Shown here: positions 10,421 to 20,717 of the stretch, in pieces | Numbering within the stretch: the first letter of the stretch is position 1 | Layout: each line of letters starts with the position of its first letter | Assembly (NCBI GenBank): GCA_903910705.1 | Contig: CAIWAN010000053.1 | Coordinates: 20,917 to 84,916 of the forward strand | Source: an uncultured Candidatus Marinamargulisbacteria bacterium | Lineage (GTDB): Bacteria; Margulisbacteria; Riflemargulisbacteria; GWF2-35-9 | Direction of reading: 5' to 3' | Length of the DNA stretch: 64,000 bases | Notes under the pieces: model-generated | What the model saw: only the letters and a program-made list of their open reading frames with translations | The model's database searches: none | Told to the model about the DNA's origin: nothing | Program-made: the position numbers and the translations under genes

Positions 10421-11097
10421 AGGCTCTTTTTGTTTTGATTCTTATTTCCCTCGCCTTCTCAGGGTATCAACCCTCAGGGCTGATCAATAATATTTCGACG
10501 ACTCAACGAATCGTTTTCTTAACCTTCGATGATGGCCCCAAGACCGGCGTAACGGAACCGCTTTTAAAAATCCTCGCGAGTGAAAATGTTAAAGCGACGT
10601 TTTTCTTAGTAGGGGACAATATGGCCAAATATCCCGATCTGGTCGAGATGATCTTTGCACAAGGCCATGATGTCAGCAATCATACTTACGACCATATCCG
10701 CTTAGACAACCTCGATGGTGACGACCTTGACTATCAACTGCAAGAAACGAACCGTGTGATCGTCGATATTATCGGAAAGTCGCCCCGACTCTTTCGTCCA
10801 CCCGGAGGACGCTTTAATAACATTATCCTTGAAACACTAGGTAAATATGGCCTCATTCCCATCGGGTGGGCGATCAATACCAGTGATTATATCGAGGGTG
10901 TGAATGTTCACCTTTCAGCCGCGGCCATACAGACAAAAGTCAACGAGGTCATGGGAGCTGTCAGGGCCAATCTCCATCCGGGGGCTATTATCCTGATGCA
11001 TAATGGCAACGAGATCGGGATTCAGGCACTTCCCATCGTTATTCAATACGTTCGCTCACAGGGATATCAATTCAAACGGTTGTCAGACGTTTTATAA
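10417..11097 (+). CDS. Polysaccharide deacetylase (NodB homology domain) with a signal peptide.
   Basis: 'FLTFDDGP', 'HTYDH' and 'ILMHNG' motifs. Its start overlaps the queE stop by 4 nt. Confidence 0.8.
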   Translation: MKALFVLILISLAFSGYQPSGLINNISTTQRIVFLTFDDGPKTGVTEPLLKILASENVKATFFLVGDNMAKYPDLVEMIFAQGHDVSNHTYDHIRLDNLDGDDLDYQLQETNRVIVDIIGKSPRLFRPPGGRFNNIILETLGKYGLIPIGWAINTSDYIEGVNVHLSAAAIQTKVNEVMGAVRANLHPGAIILMHNGNEIGIQALPIVIQYVRSQGYQFKRLSDVL

Positions 11098-13128
11098 CGC
11101 AATTGCTTTAAAATCAGCGATTTGATTAAAGACGCTGTTGAGTGTTTTGAGGACACTGAGGCGATTGGTTTTTACAGCCGAGTCGTTCGCCATGACCATC
11201 ACCTCTTCGAAATAAGTTGAAAGCTCTTTGGCAATCGTTCCTAAGGATAGAATAAAGTTTGCGTCCCAGTTGTTTTGAACGGCTGACTGAAGAACTCGAG
11301 TGGTCTTCCACAGGGTCGTTTCGATCGGAAGTTCAAAAAGCTGGGGGTTGATCGCTTTGATCGCTGTAATCGCTTTGGTGATATTGGCGACGCGGACGGC
11401 GGCTTCGACAATTTTAGAAAAAACAGGCGCGTCGAGCTGAAGGAGTTTAATGGCCGCGAGTCGTTTCATTAAGCAGGGTAGGTCAAGCGTCAGCACAGCT
11501 GAAACGATGTCTTGTGGAATAGCTCGATCGCGAAGCAGGGTGGCGAGTCGTTGTAAGAAAAACTCGTCTAATTTAGATCGAGTCTCCTCGGGAATCGTCG
11601 TTAAGGGCAGATTCGCCAGTGCCTTTTCGATAAGGTGTCTAATGTCGCAGGTTAAGTCAGGGGTTTCGATCAGGATTTGAATAACACCATTAGCTTGGCG
11701 GCGGAGTGCATAGGGGTCAAAAGAACCACTGGGGATATGTCCGATGGCGAAGTGTCCGACGATCGAATCGACTTTATCGGCTACGGAGGCTATTCTAGCT
11801 AAGAGTGAATTGGGCAAATCGTCCCCCGCGAAGGCGGGTCGATAATGTTGCGCAATCCCCTTAGCGATGGCGGGTGATATGCCCCAGATGAGGGCATATT
11901 GCTCACCCACATAGCCTTGTAATTCCGTAAACTCGATGACCATATGGGTCGCGAGATCAAATTTTGAAAGCGTGAGGAGTTCTGTTAAAGGTTTATGTTG
12001 ATCAGGGGACAGTTGGGTTAAATGGCCGAGGTATAGGGCCAAGGCCAAGTTGCGGGCGACTTTGTCTGAAATGGAGCCCAACTCTTGTTGATAGGTGATG
12101 GATGCGAGCTTATCGAGAAAGAAAGGCGCTTGTTTGCTGATATCATCCTCAAAATAGAATCGAGCATCCGAAAGCCGTGCCCGAACCACCCGTTCATTCC
12201 CCGCGATGATCGTTGGGGCGTTGGTGGGGGTGACATTATCGGCTGTGATCAGAAAGGTGTTCGTGAGTTTCCCATTCTTAAAAACAGGGATATATTTTTG
12301 ATGTTTCTTCATGGTGATGATGAGTATCTTTTCGGGAATAGCCAAATACGGCGCCTCGAAGTGTCCCTCAAGGAGGGTCGGATATTCGACTAGATAGGTT
12401 AATTCAAGAAGCAGCTCATCGTCGATAGAGAGATCAGGGTAAAGGGCGTGTACTTGGCGAACGATACTGTCTTCTCGGTCTTTTGGGGCGACAAGGACAC
12501 TGGCTTTTCGAAGTGTTTCAACATAAACAGAAGCGGCTGAAAGCGATAGGGGCCGGCCTTCGAGGGTCTCACCACCCGAAAGGAAACGATGGCCATATGT
12601 TAGACGATCTGCTGATTGTCCCGCGAAGGACAGGGGAAGCACGTTGAGCCCCAAGAGAGACACGACCCAATGAACGGGTCGAATGAATGATGTTGCTTCA
12701 TGCCCCCAATGCATCGCAATGGGGAGGTAGAGGTCTTGCAGGGATTGAAGGACAAGGTCGCCCAGTACATCAGGCGTGGCGTTAGCTTTTTGTTCGATAG
12801 AAAGCGTTAAATAGCCATCGACCACTGTGCTCGATGTTTGTCCGTTTTTCTTCAGAAACCCTAAACCCGCGGGGGTATAGTCGCCTTGCTCGGTAAGGGC
12901 GATCTTGACCGGTGGGCCTTTGATGGTAAGGGTTGAGGCCGCTTGGGTTGCAGCAATATTTTGAATAACGAGAGCCAACCGACGGTATGACCCATAGGTA
13001 AGAATAGCGTCAAACGTGATGCGAGATTGTGTCAATCGCGTTTCGAATTGTTTCCTAAGTCCCTCAAGCAAGGTGTCGACAAATCGTGACGGGATCTCTT
13101 CGGTGCCGATCTCTAAAAGATAATCCAT
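11092..13128 (-). CDS. glyS: Glycine--tRNA ligase beta subunit.
   Basis: N-terminus 'MDYLLEIGTEEIPSRFV' is characteristic. 678 aa. Confidence 0.92.
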   Translation of the reverse strand: MDYLLEIGTEEIPSRFVDTLLEGLRKQFETRLTQSRITFDAILTYGSYRRLALVIQNIAATQAASTLTIKGPPVKIALTEQGDYTPAGLGFLKKNGQTSSTVVDGYLTLSIEQKANATPDVLGDLVLQSLQDLYLPIAMHWGHEATSFIRPVHWVVSLLGLNVLPLSFAGQSADRLTYGHRFLSGGETLEGRPLSLSAASVYVETLRKASVLVAPKDREDSIVRQVHALYPDLSIDDELLLELTYLVEYPTLLEGHFEAPYLAIPEKILIITMKKHQKYIPVFKNGKLTNTFLITADNVTPTNAPTIIAGNERVVRARLSDARFYFEDDISKQAPFFLDKLASITYQQELGSISDKVARNLALALYLGHLTQLSPDQHKPLTELLTLSKFDLATHMVIEFTELQGYVGEQYALIWGISPAIAKGIAQHYRPAFAGDDLPNSLLARIASVADKVDSIVGHFAIGHIPSGSFDPYALRRQANGVIQILIETPDLTCDIRHLIEKALANLPLTTIPEETRSKLDEFFLQRLATLLRDRAIPQDIVSAVLTLDLPCLMKRLAAIKLLQLDAPVFSKIVEAAVRVANITKAITAIKAINPQLFELPIETTLWKTTRVLQSAVQNNWDANFILSLGTIAKELSTYFEEVMVMANDSAVKTNRLSVLKTLNSVFNQIADFKAIAL

Positions 13129-13223
13129 TCGGGCATTATAAGCTACGTACTAAATCGGTACAACTGATACTAAGTAACTATTTTGTTTTGAAGGTCTAGT
13201 AATATTGACTATGTGTCGGAAAG

Positions 13224-14399
13224 GTGCGACTATTTAGACATATGTTCCGAAGAATAGTGCGATTAACCGAGAATAATAGTTATTTTCTTTTGGGCCCTAG
13301 GGGAACAGGGAAGTCAACACTTCTAAAAAATACCTTTACCGAGGATAATGCTTTTTGGGTTGATTTGCTGAATCCCGACCAAGAGCATGAGTACGTCCTA
13401 CATCCGATGCGAGTTATCGAAAAATGGCAAGCGATGGAACCCCAACCCCAATGGATTGTTATCGATGAGGTTCAAAAGATCCCAAAACTTCTGGATGTTG
13501 TTCACTTTGCCATTGAGAAGTACGGGATATGGTTTGCGCTAACCGGGTCCAGTTCGAGAAAGCTAAAGAGTAGTTCAACTAATTTATTAGCAGGTCGAGC
13601 GTTTGTGCATCATTTGCATCCCCTGTCATATCTCGAAATGGGTGACCAGTTTGATTTAGTCGATGCGTTGCAATGGGGAACCCTACCGAAAATATCGGCT
13701 TTTCAAACATCTCTTGATAAAAAACGTTTTTTAAACGCTTACACACAAACCTATTTAAAAGAAGAAATTCAACTTGAACAGATTGTTCGTAAAATGGAAC
13801 CTTTTAGACGTTTTATTGAGGTGGCCGCCCAATCAAATACAGATATCCTTAATTTTTCAAAATTAGCTCGAGAGGCTGGAATCGAGGCCAAAAGTGTGGA
13901 GCGATATTTCGACATATTAAGTGATACATATTTAGGTTTTTACCTTGATGCTCGTCATGCATCCGTTCGCAAGCGACAACTGCTTAAGCCCAAGTTTTAT
14001 TTCTTTGATACCGGTGTATGTCGGGCGGCACAGAATATGCTTGATGTTGAGGTCAGACCCAAAACCTTTGTCTTTGGGAAATTATTCGAGTCATTTATTA
14101 TCGCTGAAGCTTTTCGGCAAAATGACTATTTTGAAAGGAACTTCACGCTTTCCTATTTGCGAACCAAAGACGATATGGAAATTGACCTCATTCTGGATAA
14201 GCCAGGTCATCCAACAACTTTTATTGAAATAAAATCAACAGACCAGGTTGATTCAAGCGATTTACGCTCGTTGCGGTCGGTTCAAAAAGTATGTCCTAAC
14301 GATAATTTTGTGGTCTGGAGCCTTGAAAATTCAGCCCGACTTGTTGAAGGAATCTATATCCTGCCTTGGCAGGAAGGGTTAAAAAAAGCATTTGGATAA
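13224..14399 (+). CDS. AAA family ATPase with a DUF4143-type C-terminal domain (paralog 1).
   Basis: Walker A 'GPRGTGKSTLLK', Walker B 'IVIDEVQK', and a 'LTGSSSRKL' motif. It is a paralog of 27437..28627. Confidence 0.75.
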   Translation: MRLFRHMFRRIVRLTENNSYFLLGPRGTGKSTLLKNTFTEDNAFWVDLLNPDQEHEYVLHPMRVIEKWQAMEPQPQWIVIDEVQKIPKLLDVVHFAIEKYGIWFALTGSSSRKLKSSSTNLLAGRAFVHHLHPLSYLEMGDQFDLVDALQWGTLPKISAFQTSLDKKRFLNAYTQTYLKEEIQLEQIVRKMEPFRRFIEVAAQSNTDILNFSKLAREAGIEAKSVERYFDILSDTYLGFYLDARHASVRKRQLLKPKFYFFDTGVCRAAQNMLDVEVRPKTFVFGKLFESFIIAEAFRQNDYFERNFTLSYLRTKDDMEIDLILDKPGHPTTFIEIKSTDQVDSSDLRSLRSVQKVCPNDNFVVWSLENSARLVEGIYILPWQEGLKKAFG

Positions 14400-14505
14400 A
14401 GCCCCCCCCCTGATAGCTCAGCATATTTCGACAAGCTCAACACAAGTTACTAAGACTAAAAATTGTTTAGCTCAACAATTAGGTCTTAGTATATACTGTA
14501 TACCC

Positions 14506-15798
14506 ATGGCTGACGTTCGTCCTTTTGCAGGTATTCAATATGATCTTTCCTCTGTGGGTTGCGATTTAAGCAAGCTGGTTACCCAACCCTACGACAAAAT
14601 TAGCCCCGATCTTCAAAAAGAGTATTACGCGCGAAGCGAATATAACATTATCCGCATCGAGAAAAATCAATCCGAAGTCGATGGCAATCCTTATATCACG
14701 GCTAAATCCTATCTCGATAAATGGTTGGCTGATGGAACCCTAAAGCCTGCGAAGACACCGGCCTTCTATTATCTCAAACAGACGTTTTCTTTTGGTGACG
14801 AAACTTTTACCCGCAAGGCGATTATCGGCATGGGTCGCCTCCACGATTACAAAGAGGGTATCGTTTTTCCTCATGAACAAACCCTCAAAGGCCCAAAGGC
14901 TGATCGACTCGAGTTGATCCGTGCGACCGCCATCAATTTAGGCCAGATCTTTATGTTATACGAAGACCCAAAACAGCTTGTCCAAACGACGATCGACACG
15001 GCCATCAAGGGACAAGCCCCTTGGGCACGATTTGTCGATGATGAGGGCATCACCCAAACGATTTACGTGATCACCGACCCTTTAGCCACCACCGCTATCC
15101 ATGATCTGATGGCTGATAAACAACTCTTTATCGCCGATGGTCATCATCGCTATGAGACCGCCTTGGGCTATAGCCTTGAGATTGCTAAGAAAACCGGCAA
15201 CACCGATCCTGATGCTTCGTTTCGTTTTGCGATGATGTCGATGGTCAACGCCTATGACGAAGGGCTCCTTGTGCTGCCTACCCATCGTTTGATCAATGAA
15301 AAGAAATCATTCCCTTTGGCGGCGCTGCTTAACGGACTCAAGGCTGACTTTGAAATCAAAAAGAAATCCCTTGAACGAGAACATCTGCACGCCATGATCA
15401 AGTCATTGCCGGCTCATAGCGTATATCTCTTTCATAAAGACGATATCGATAATCTATATCAGCTAACGCTAACCTCTAAGCCCTACAACGCCTCGCTGCC
15501 AGAGTCACTGACTACACTTGACGTTTATATGCTCCATGAGGTTATTCTCGCGAAACAGTTGGGTGTCACGCCTGACGATCTAGCAAATCACACCTATATT
15601 ACATACAAACGCGATCCCGCCGGCACCTGCAAGGCCGTTATTGAGGGAAAAGAACAAATGGCATTCCTACTAAAACCCACCGATGTCGAAGACGTTATTC
15701 GGGTGGCGAGAGATCGTCAGACGATGCCGCAAAAGTCGACCGATTTTTTCCCTAAATTTTTGACAGGCTACGTCATAGCCGATGTCGCGACCACTTAA
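14506..15798 (+). CDS. DUF1015 family protein; start chosen at the internal ATG.
   Basis: Conserved 'ADGHHRYETAL' motif. The N-terminus 'MADVRPFAGIQYD' is typical of the family. The longer ORF 14392.. would include a poly-C tract. Confidence 0.65.
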   Translation: MADVRPFAGIQYDLSSVGCDLSKLVTQPYDKISPDLQKEYYARSEYNIIRIEKNQSEVDGNPYITAKSYLDKWLADGTLKPAKTPAFYYLKQTFSFGDETFTRKAIIGMGRLHDYKEGIVFPHEQTLKGPKADRLELIRATAINLGQIFMLYEDPKQLVQTTIDTAIKGQAPWARFVDDEGITQTIYVITDPLATTAIHDLMADKQLFIADGHHRYETALGYSLEIAKKTGNTDPDASFRFAMMSMVNAYDEGLLVLPTHRLINEKKSFPLAALLNGLKADFEIKKKSLEREHLHAMIKSLPAHSVYLFHKDDIDNLYQLTLTSKPYNASLPESLTTLDVYMLHEVILAKQLGVTPDDLANHTYITYKRDPAGTCKAVIEGKEQMAFLLKPTDVEDVIRVARDRQTMPQKSTDFFPKFLTGYVIADVATT

Positions 15799-16363
15799 TC
15801 ATTTACTCCTCGTGGCCGAACGCCGCGAATTAGCTCCCTTTATCCGCAGACTATCATCGGTTATTCCTCAACGCTATTTCGAGGGCCAATTTGGCGAGCG
15901 TCTAGTGGGGGTCTACGTCACGGGCGTGGGAAAGAATGCCATTAAACGCTCCGCAAACGCGATTGAAAAAGCGGGGATTCAAGCCGAGACCGTTTGGAAT
16001 GTAGGGAATGTCGGGGCGTTGTTTCCCTTTCCTCGGGGGTTTATTCTTCGGGTAGGGCGAGTGGTCGGGAAAAATGGACACGAAACCAAAACAATCGACC
16101 CGACCAGCCCCTTTTCGCTCGTTACCGTTAACACGCTCCAAGACAAAGCAACCCTTTCAAGCCAGTATCCTTTTATCGACATCGTTGATATGGAGGCGTT
16201 TCACTGGCTCAACGTTTTCCCCAAATGTCGCATCGTTAAGGTGGTTCTAGACTCAAACACAGACACACTCCAAGCACCGGTCAAAGGATGGGGCTGGTCT
16301 TGGCGTATTCGCCAAAACGCCAAGCGACTGAGCCGCCTGATGCTGACGCTAGTAGATCTCTAG
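15782..16363 (+). CDS. PNP_UDP_1 family nucleosidase (MTA/SAH nucleosidase or futalosine hydrolase-like).
   Basis: 'VGVYVTGVGKNAIKRSANAIEKAG...VWNVGNVGAL' and 'IDIVDMEAFH' match the nucleoside phosphorylase/MTAN fold motifs. 193 aa. Confidence 0.5.
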   Translation: MSRPLNHLLLVAERRELAPFIRRLSSVIPQRYFEGQFGERLVGVYVTGVGKNAIKRSANAIEKAGIQAETVWNVGNVGALFPFPRGFILRVGRVVGKNGHETKTIDPTSPFSLVTVNTLQDKATLSSQYPFIDIVDMEAFHWLNVFPKCRIVKVVLDSNTDTLQAPVKGWGWSWRIRQNAKRLSRLMLTLVDL

Positions 16364-17179
16364 CTCTATTTCGAGGGTGACGCCTGTTTGCTCGAGTACC
16401 GTGCATTGGAGGTGCTGGATCATATCAGCGATGTCCTGCGTTGTCGAACCGCTGTCTGCCAAGATGATATTTGCGTGACCCTCAGCGGTGTGAACGGCCC
16501 CCCTACGATACCCTTTCAGCCCACAGTCATCGAGCAGCTTTCCCGCAGGGATATTCGCCGGATTCTTAAAGACGCTGCCACAGGTATGATGAAGTGGATA
16601 TCTTTTGGTTCGTTGGTGTCGAATGGAATCGAGTTCGGTTTGAATATGGCTCGGGTCCATCGGTTCGAGTTGAAGGGTCGCTTCGATCAACACAAGGCCG
16701 TCTGTTTTTAGTCGCGAATGTCGATACGAAAACCAATCGGTTTCTGGGGAAAGGGTCAATAGGGTTTTGGTAAGAGGTGAATACACCGTCATTGAACGAA
16801 CGAGTGTGCCGATTTGAGATTGATAGGCCCCAAAGTTCTGAGCCAGCGCGCCGCCCAGACTAGCGGGGATAGGCCAAGTAAAGGCTAAGCCTCCTAAGCC
16901 TTTTTCTTTGGCTTGGTTGATGACTATCGGCAGCATAGCCCCTGCGCCAACCGTGACAAGTCCGCCCTCAAAAAAATGGACATAGTTAAGGGGTTTTAGG
17001 CTAATGAGGGGGGAATGCTGAGGGTTTAGCCAGAGTCGGTTTGTTCCTGCGCCGAGTAATGTGAATGGTTGATCGAGGGCGGCTAACTCTGAGGCATCTT
17101 CGATAAAAGTGACGTTGTAGTCGGGGCCAACCGCTTGGAAATGAGAGAGCTGTTTTGCGTTAAGCGATCGGGCGTACAT
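16349..17179 (-). CDS. murB: UDP-N-acetylenolpyruvoylglucosamine reductase.
   Basis: The FAD-binding region 'LGGALAQNFGAYQSQIG' and the C-terminal 'CGSVFKNP...AGKLLDDCGLKGYRRGAVHTAEGHANIIL' match MurB. It sits at the end of the dcw cluster. Confidence 0.85.
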   Translation of the reverse strand: MYARSLNAKQLSHFQAVGPDYNVTFIEDASELAALDQPFTLLGAGTNRLWLNPQHSPLISLKPLNYVHFFEGGLVTVGAGAMLPIVINQAKEKGLGGLAFTWPIPASLGGALAQNFGAYQSQIGTLVRSMTVYSPLTKTLLTLSPETDWFSYRHSRLKTDGLVLIEATLQLEPMDPSHIQTELDSIRHQRTKRYPLHHTCGSVFKNPANIPAGKLLDDCGLKGYRRGAVHTAEGHANIILADSGSTTQDIADMIQHLQCTVLEQTGVTLEIELEIY

Positions 17180-18593
17180 CGGGGTCTGTTTTGGATTTCA
17201 TGAGTTGGACGATCTCTTTAGCCACATGGGTCACGTCCCCAGCCCCAAGCGTGATGACAAGGTCTCCCTTTTTAAATACCTTGAGTGCTTCGGGCGCTAG
17301 GCCCCCCACATTTTTAACATAATGGACTTTAGCAGGATCCATTTTTTTAATAAGATCTTTGCTCGTCAGTCCTGAGAAATTTGTTTCACCCGCTGCATAA
17401 ACATCGGTAATGATAACGACATCGGCGAGGTTTAGTGCCTCAATAAACCGGTCAAAGAACGCCGTAAAGCGAGTGTAGCGATGGGGCTGGAAAATGGCGA
17501 CGACACGCCGTCCGTAGGTTCTTGCGGCCTCTAACGTACAGGCGATCTCGGTGGGATGATGGGCATAGTCATCATAGACATCGATCCCGTTAAGTTCACC
17601 GATCCAATGGAATCGTCGAGAGGCTCCTTCAAAATCGTGAAAGGATTCGGCCGCACGGTCATAGGGGAGCCCGATATGTTTGGCCAAAGCAAAGACCGTT
17701 AAACAGTTAAGGATATTATGTCTTCCGGGAACGAGCAGTAATACATTATGGGCAACACGCTTGCCATCGACCTCGACGTCAAAGACAAGCTGATTTTGCT
17801 GTTCACGGATATTCGTTGCTCGAACATCGTTGTGGTCTTTTATGCCATAGGTGATGACCTTTCTGCCAAGGGTATGGAGTCGGCTGATGTTCGGGTCATC
17901 TCCGCAGAGAATAAGAAGGCCCTTTTTTTCGGGGGTACGAGTGATCAGTTTGTCGAAGGTGGTCATGATGTCGGCCAGATCCTTGAACTCGTCGAGATGC
18001 TCTTCTTCGATATTGGTAATAACAAGAATCGTGGGGTTTAAAAACAGGAACGACCGATCACTTTCGTCTGCTTCTGCGACACAATACTGAGGGTTGCCGA
18101 AGTCTGCAGAGGTTTGGGTTCGCTTAAGCGTGGCCCCAATAACATAGCTGGGTCTTTGTCCCATATGAACCAAATAATGAGCCAAAAAACTGGACACAGT
18201 CGTTTTGCCGTGTGTGCCCGAAACGGCGATCCGAGTTTGGTGTTGATCCATAATAAAGGACAGCAATTCGGCTCGACGAAGGATCGGAAGCCCTACGTTT
18301 TGCGCGGCCTTGTACTCGACATTGTCTTTGTTGATCGCGGTGGACACGACTACGACATCACAGACACGGATATTGCTCTCATGATGGCCATAAAAAATGG
18401 TAGCCCCCATTTCTTTGAGTTTGAGGGTATACAGATTTTCTTTGATATCACTGCCGGAAACCTCGTGTCCCATGTCGATCAAAATTTTGGCGAGGGGGTT
18501 CATGCCACTCCCCCCGATCCCAATAAAGTGGACGCGACTATTGGCAGTGAGCATCACACAAACCTTGCCGATGTAATTCGCTAATGATGACAT
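17160..18593 (-). CDS. murC: UDP-N-acetylmuramate--L-alanine ligase (an alternative start at 18554 is possible).
   Basis: 'HFIGIGGSGMNPLAKIL...GHEVSGSD' and the Mur ligase domains. Overlaps the 3' end of murG. Confidence 0.9.
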   Translation of the reverse strand: MSSLANYIGKVCVMLTANSRVHFIGIGGSGMNPLAKILIDMGHEVSGSDIKENLYTLKLKEMGATIFYGHHESNIRVCDVVVVSTAINKDNVEYKAAQNVGLPILRRAELLSFIMDQHQTRIAVSGTHGKTTVSSFLAHYLVHMGQRPSYVIGATLKRTQTSADFGNPQYCVAEADESDRSFLFLNPTILVITNIEEEHLDEFKDLADIMTTFDKLITRTPEKKGLLILCGDDPNISRLHTLGRKVITYGIKDHNDVRATNIREQQNQLVFDVEVDGKRVAHNVLLLVPGRHNILNCLTVFALAKHIGLPYDRAAESFHDFEGASRRFHWIGELNGIDVYDDYAHHPTEIACTLEAARTYGRRVVAIFQPHRYTRFTAFFDRFIEALNLADVVIITDVYAAGETNFSGLTSKDLIKKMDPAKVHYVKNVGGLAPEALKVFKKGDLVITLGAGDVTHVAKEIVQLMKSKTDPDVRPIA

Positions 18594-19587
18594 CCATTGC
18601 CCGTTGGCGATTCATTTTCCAGAGACCTTCTTGATAATGCTCATAGTTGTTTAATATTGAATGGATACGCTGCGCAAAGATACTCGGCGACCATTCGGAT
18701 TCGGCCATGGTCAGTCCGCCGCCCAACCGTTGAACGTAGGCGGCATTATAAAGCTGATGGTTCTCCGCGGCAAAAGGGTAAGGAATGTAAAGGGTCGGGA
18801 TCTCGGCCGCGATCAGCTCGGCGATGCTCATGGCACCGGCTCGACTAATGGATAGCCCCATTGGGGGCAAAAGACTAGGGACATCGGGATGAAACGGACA
18901 GAGGATAATGTGGTGTTTGCCGGACTGGTAAACCGTGGCATTTTCGAAGGGGGGTGTTTCGTGGGTGGCGAACATCTTCAACGACTCACACAGGATCGGA
19001 TAATGTGTGGTTCCGGTTAGCCAAATGATTTGTAGGTCTAAATCTTGAAGGGCAGCCAAAGAAGAAAGAACCAACGTGTTCATGGCCTTGGCCCCTTGGC
19101 TTCCCCCCATAATGATCCAGTTGAATTTGTTTCGATCGGGACTTTTTGGGATAACGGGGACGGGGTTGCCGGCTAGAATAGTTTTGTCAGGATGGAAATG
19201 TTTGATCGGATAGGCCGTAAAGATTTGTTTAGCAAAAAAAGCGATGAATCGATTGGTTTTTCCGGGGATACTATTTTGCTCCAATAATACAATGGGAATA
19301 AATAATAAAGCGGCGGCAATACATACGGGAAAGGTTACATAGCCACCCGTTGAAAAAACAGCTTTGGGGCGGTGACGAAGCAAGTAGTTAAATGATTGAA
19401 AGAAGCCCTTCAACACCAGAAGAACATTCTGCCGAGACGAGGCGATCTCGATGAAAGGATGGTCTGTCAGCATGGTCTTTTCGAGACGATTACCGCCGAT
19501 AAAGGTGTAGGGAACCCCTAATGCATTTGCAATGGTGATCGCAGGGCTTATATGTCCGCCTGTTCCGCCGCAAGTAAAGACGATCAT
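18538..19587 (-). CDS. murG: Undecaprenyldiphospho-muramoylpentapeptide beta-N-acetylglucosaminyltransferase.
   Basis: N-terminus 'MIVFTCGGTGGHISPAITIANAL' and the GT28 C-terminal domain. Confidence 0.9.
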   Translation of the reverse strand: MIVFTCGGTGGHISPAITIANALGVPYTFIGGNRLEKTMLTDHPFIEIASSRQNVLLVLKGFFQSFNYLLRHRPKAVFSTGGYVTFPVCIAAALLFIPIVLLEQNSIPGKTNRFIAFFAKQIFTAYPIKHFHPDKTILAGNPVPVIPKSPDRNKFNWIIMGGSQGAKAMNTLVLSSLAALQDLDLQIIWLTGTTHYPILCESLKMFATHETPPFENATVYQSGKHHIILCPFHPDVPSLLPPMGLSISRAGAMSIAELIAAEIPTLYIPYPFAAENHQLYNAAYVQRLGGGLTMAESEWSPSIFAQRIHSILNNYEHYQEGLWKMNRQRAMDVIISELHRQGLCDAHCQ

Positions 19588-20717
19588 GGCATGGGCCTCC
19601 TGTATCGTGAGATATTGAGCAGTATACCAGAAATAAACATAACCATGATGAGCGACGTTCCCCCAAAACTAATAAAGGGGAGCGTAATGCCTTTGGAGGG
19701 GAGGAGGTTGACCGCCACCATAATATTGATAATGGCTTGAAGGGCGATCCAAAGGGTGATGCCAATGGCCAAGGTTTTGCTATAAAGCGTTTCGTTACGG
19801 ATGGCGATCAAGAAGCCCCTGTAGAGAAAGAAGAAGAACCCACACAAGAAGATCGTGGTGGCAATAAATCCGAACTCTTCGGCTAGAATGGAGAAGATAT
19901 AGTCGGTATATTGTTGGGGGAGATAGAAGAACTTTTGACGAGACTGCCCGAGGCCCATACCAAGGAGTCCGCCTGAACCCACAGCAATCAGCGACTGGAT
20001 CGCGTGGAACCCTTTGCCGAGCGGGTCAGCCCATGGGTTCATGAATGCCGTGATCCGTTTTAATTGATAGGGGTTATGTAAAATGCTCATTACGGCTCCG
20101 AGAATGACGATAGGGAAAGCGGCCAAGAAATAGAACAAGGGAAACTGGGCGACAAAAAGCATTCCCAGTGACACGAAGGTCAGGACAATCGAGGTGCCTA
20201 GATCGGGCTGCGTCAGAACCAATAGAATGGATACCCCAATAATGCCAAAGATGGGGACGATCACACCCTGAAAATCACGTAGTCGGTCTTTGTGTAAGTC
20301 CAAGTGATGGGCGAGCATTAAGACAAGTGAAAACTTCAAGACATCAGACGGCTGAAAGCGAAAGCCGGCAATATTGATCCAGCGAGCCGCCCCACCTGCC
20401 GTCGACCCCACTCCGGGGATATGGGTAAGCAGCACCAAAAAAAGCGAGAACACCCACAAGGGATAGACCCACTTCCGCCACATCTGATGAGGTATGATGA
20501 GGCCCATTGTAAAAGGAACAAGCCCCACGATCATATAGATGACATGCCGTTTAACAAAGTAAAAGGTGTCATGATAGATCCGAAGGCCAATAACGGTGGA
20601 GGAACTCATGACCATCATTACGCCCATGATAATGAGCACACCGGTCATGATAAATAGCCAGCGGTCTGTGCGCGAACTAGGTGGAAAGTGTCGATACCAC
20701 GTCTCTAAAGACATTGC
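19584..20717 (-). CDS. ftsW: FtsW/RodA/SpoVE family peptidoglycan glycosyltransferase (probably FtsW). Start placed at the internal Met; the ORF itself extends to 20795.
   Basis: Multi-pass membrane protein with conserved SEDS motifs ('GTSAGGAARWINIAGFRFQPSD'). A start at 20717 gives a typical N-terminal length and reduces the overlap with murD. Confidence 0.85.
   Translation of the reverse strand, partial: AMSLETWYRHFPPSSRTDRWLFIMTGVLIIMGVMMVMSSSTVIGLRIYHDTFYFVKRHVIYMIVGLVPFTMGLIIPHQMWRKWVYPLWVFSLFLVLLTHIPGVGSTAGGAARWINIAGFRFQPSDVLKFSLVLMLAHHLDLHKDRLRDFQGVIVPIFGIIGVSILLVLTQPDLGTSIVLTFVSLGMLFVAQFPLFYFLAAFPIVILGAVMSILHNPYQLKRITAFMNPWADPLGKGFHAIQSLIAVGSGGLLGMGLGQSRQKFFYLPQQYTDYIFSILAEEFGFIATTIFLCGFFFFLYRGFLIAIRNETLYSKTLAIGITLWIALQAIINIMVAVNLLPSKGITLPFISFGGTSLIMVMFISGILLNISRYRRPMP

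Noticed and set aside
14392-14505. Upstream extension of the DUF1015 ORF starting at 14392 ('MDKAPPLIAQ...').
   Set aside because: It overlaps the stop of the preceding gene and encodes the poly-C tract. The family-typical N-terminus 'MADVRPFAG' starts at 14506.
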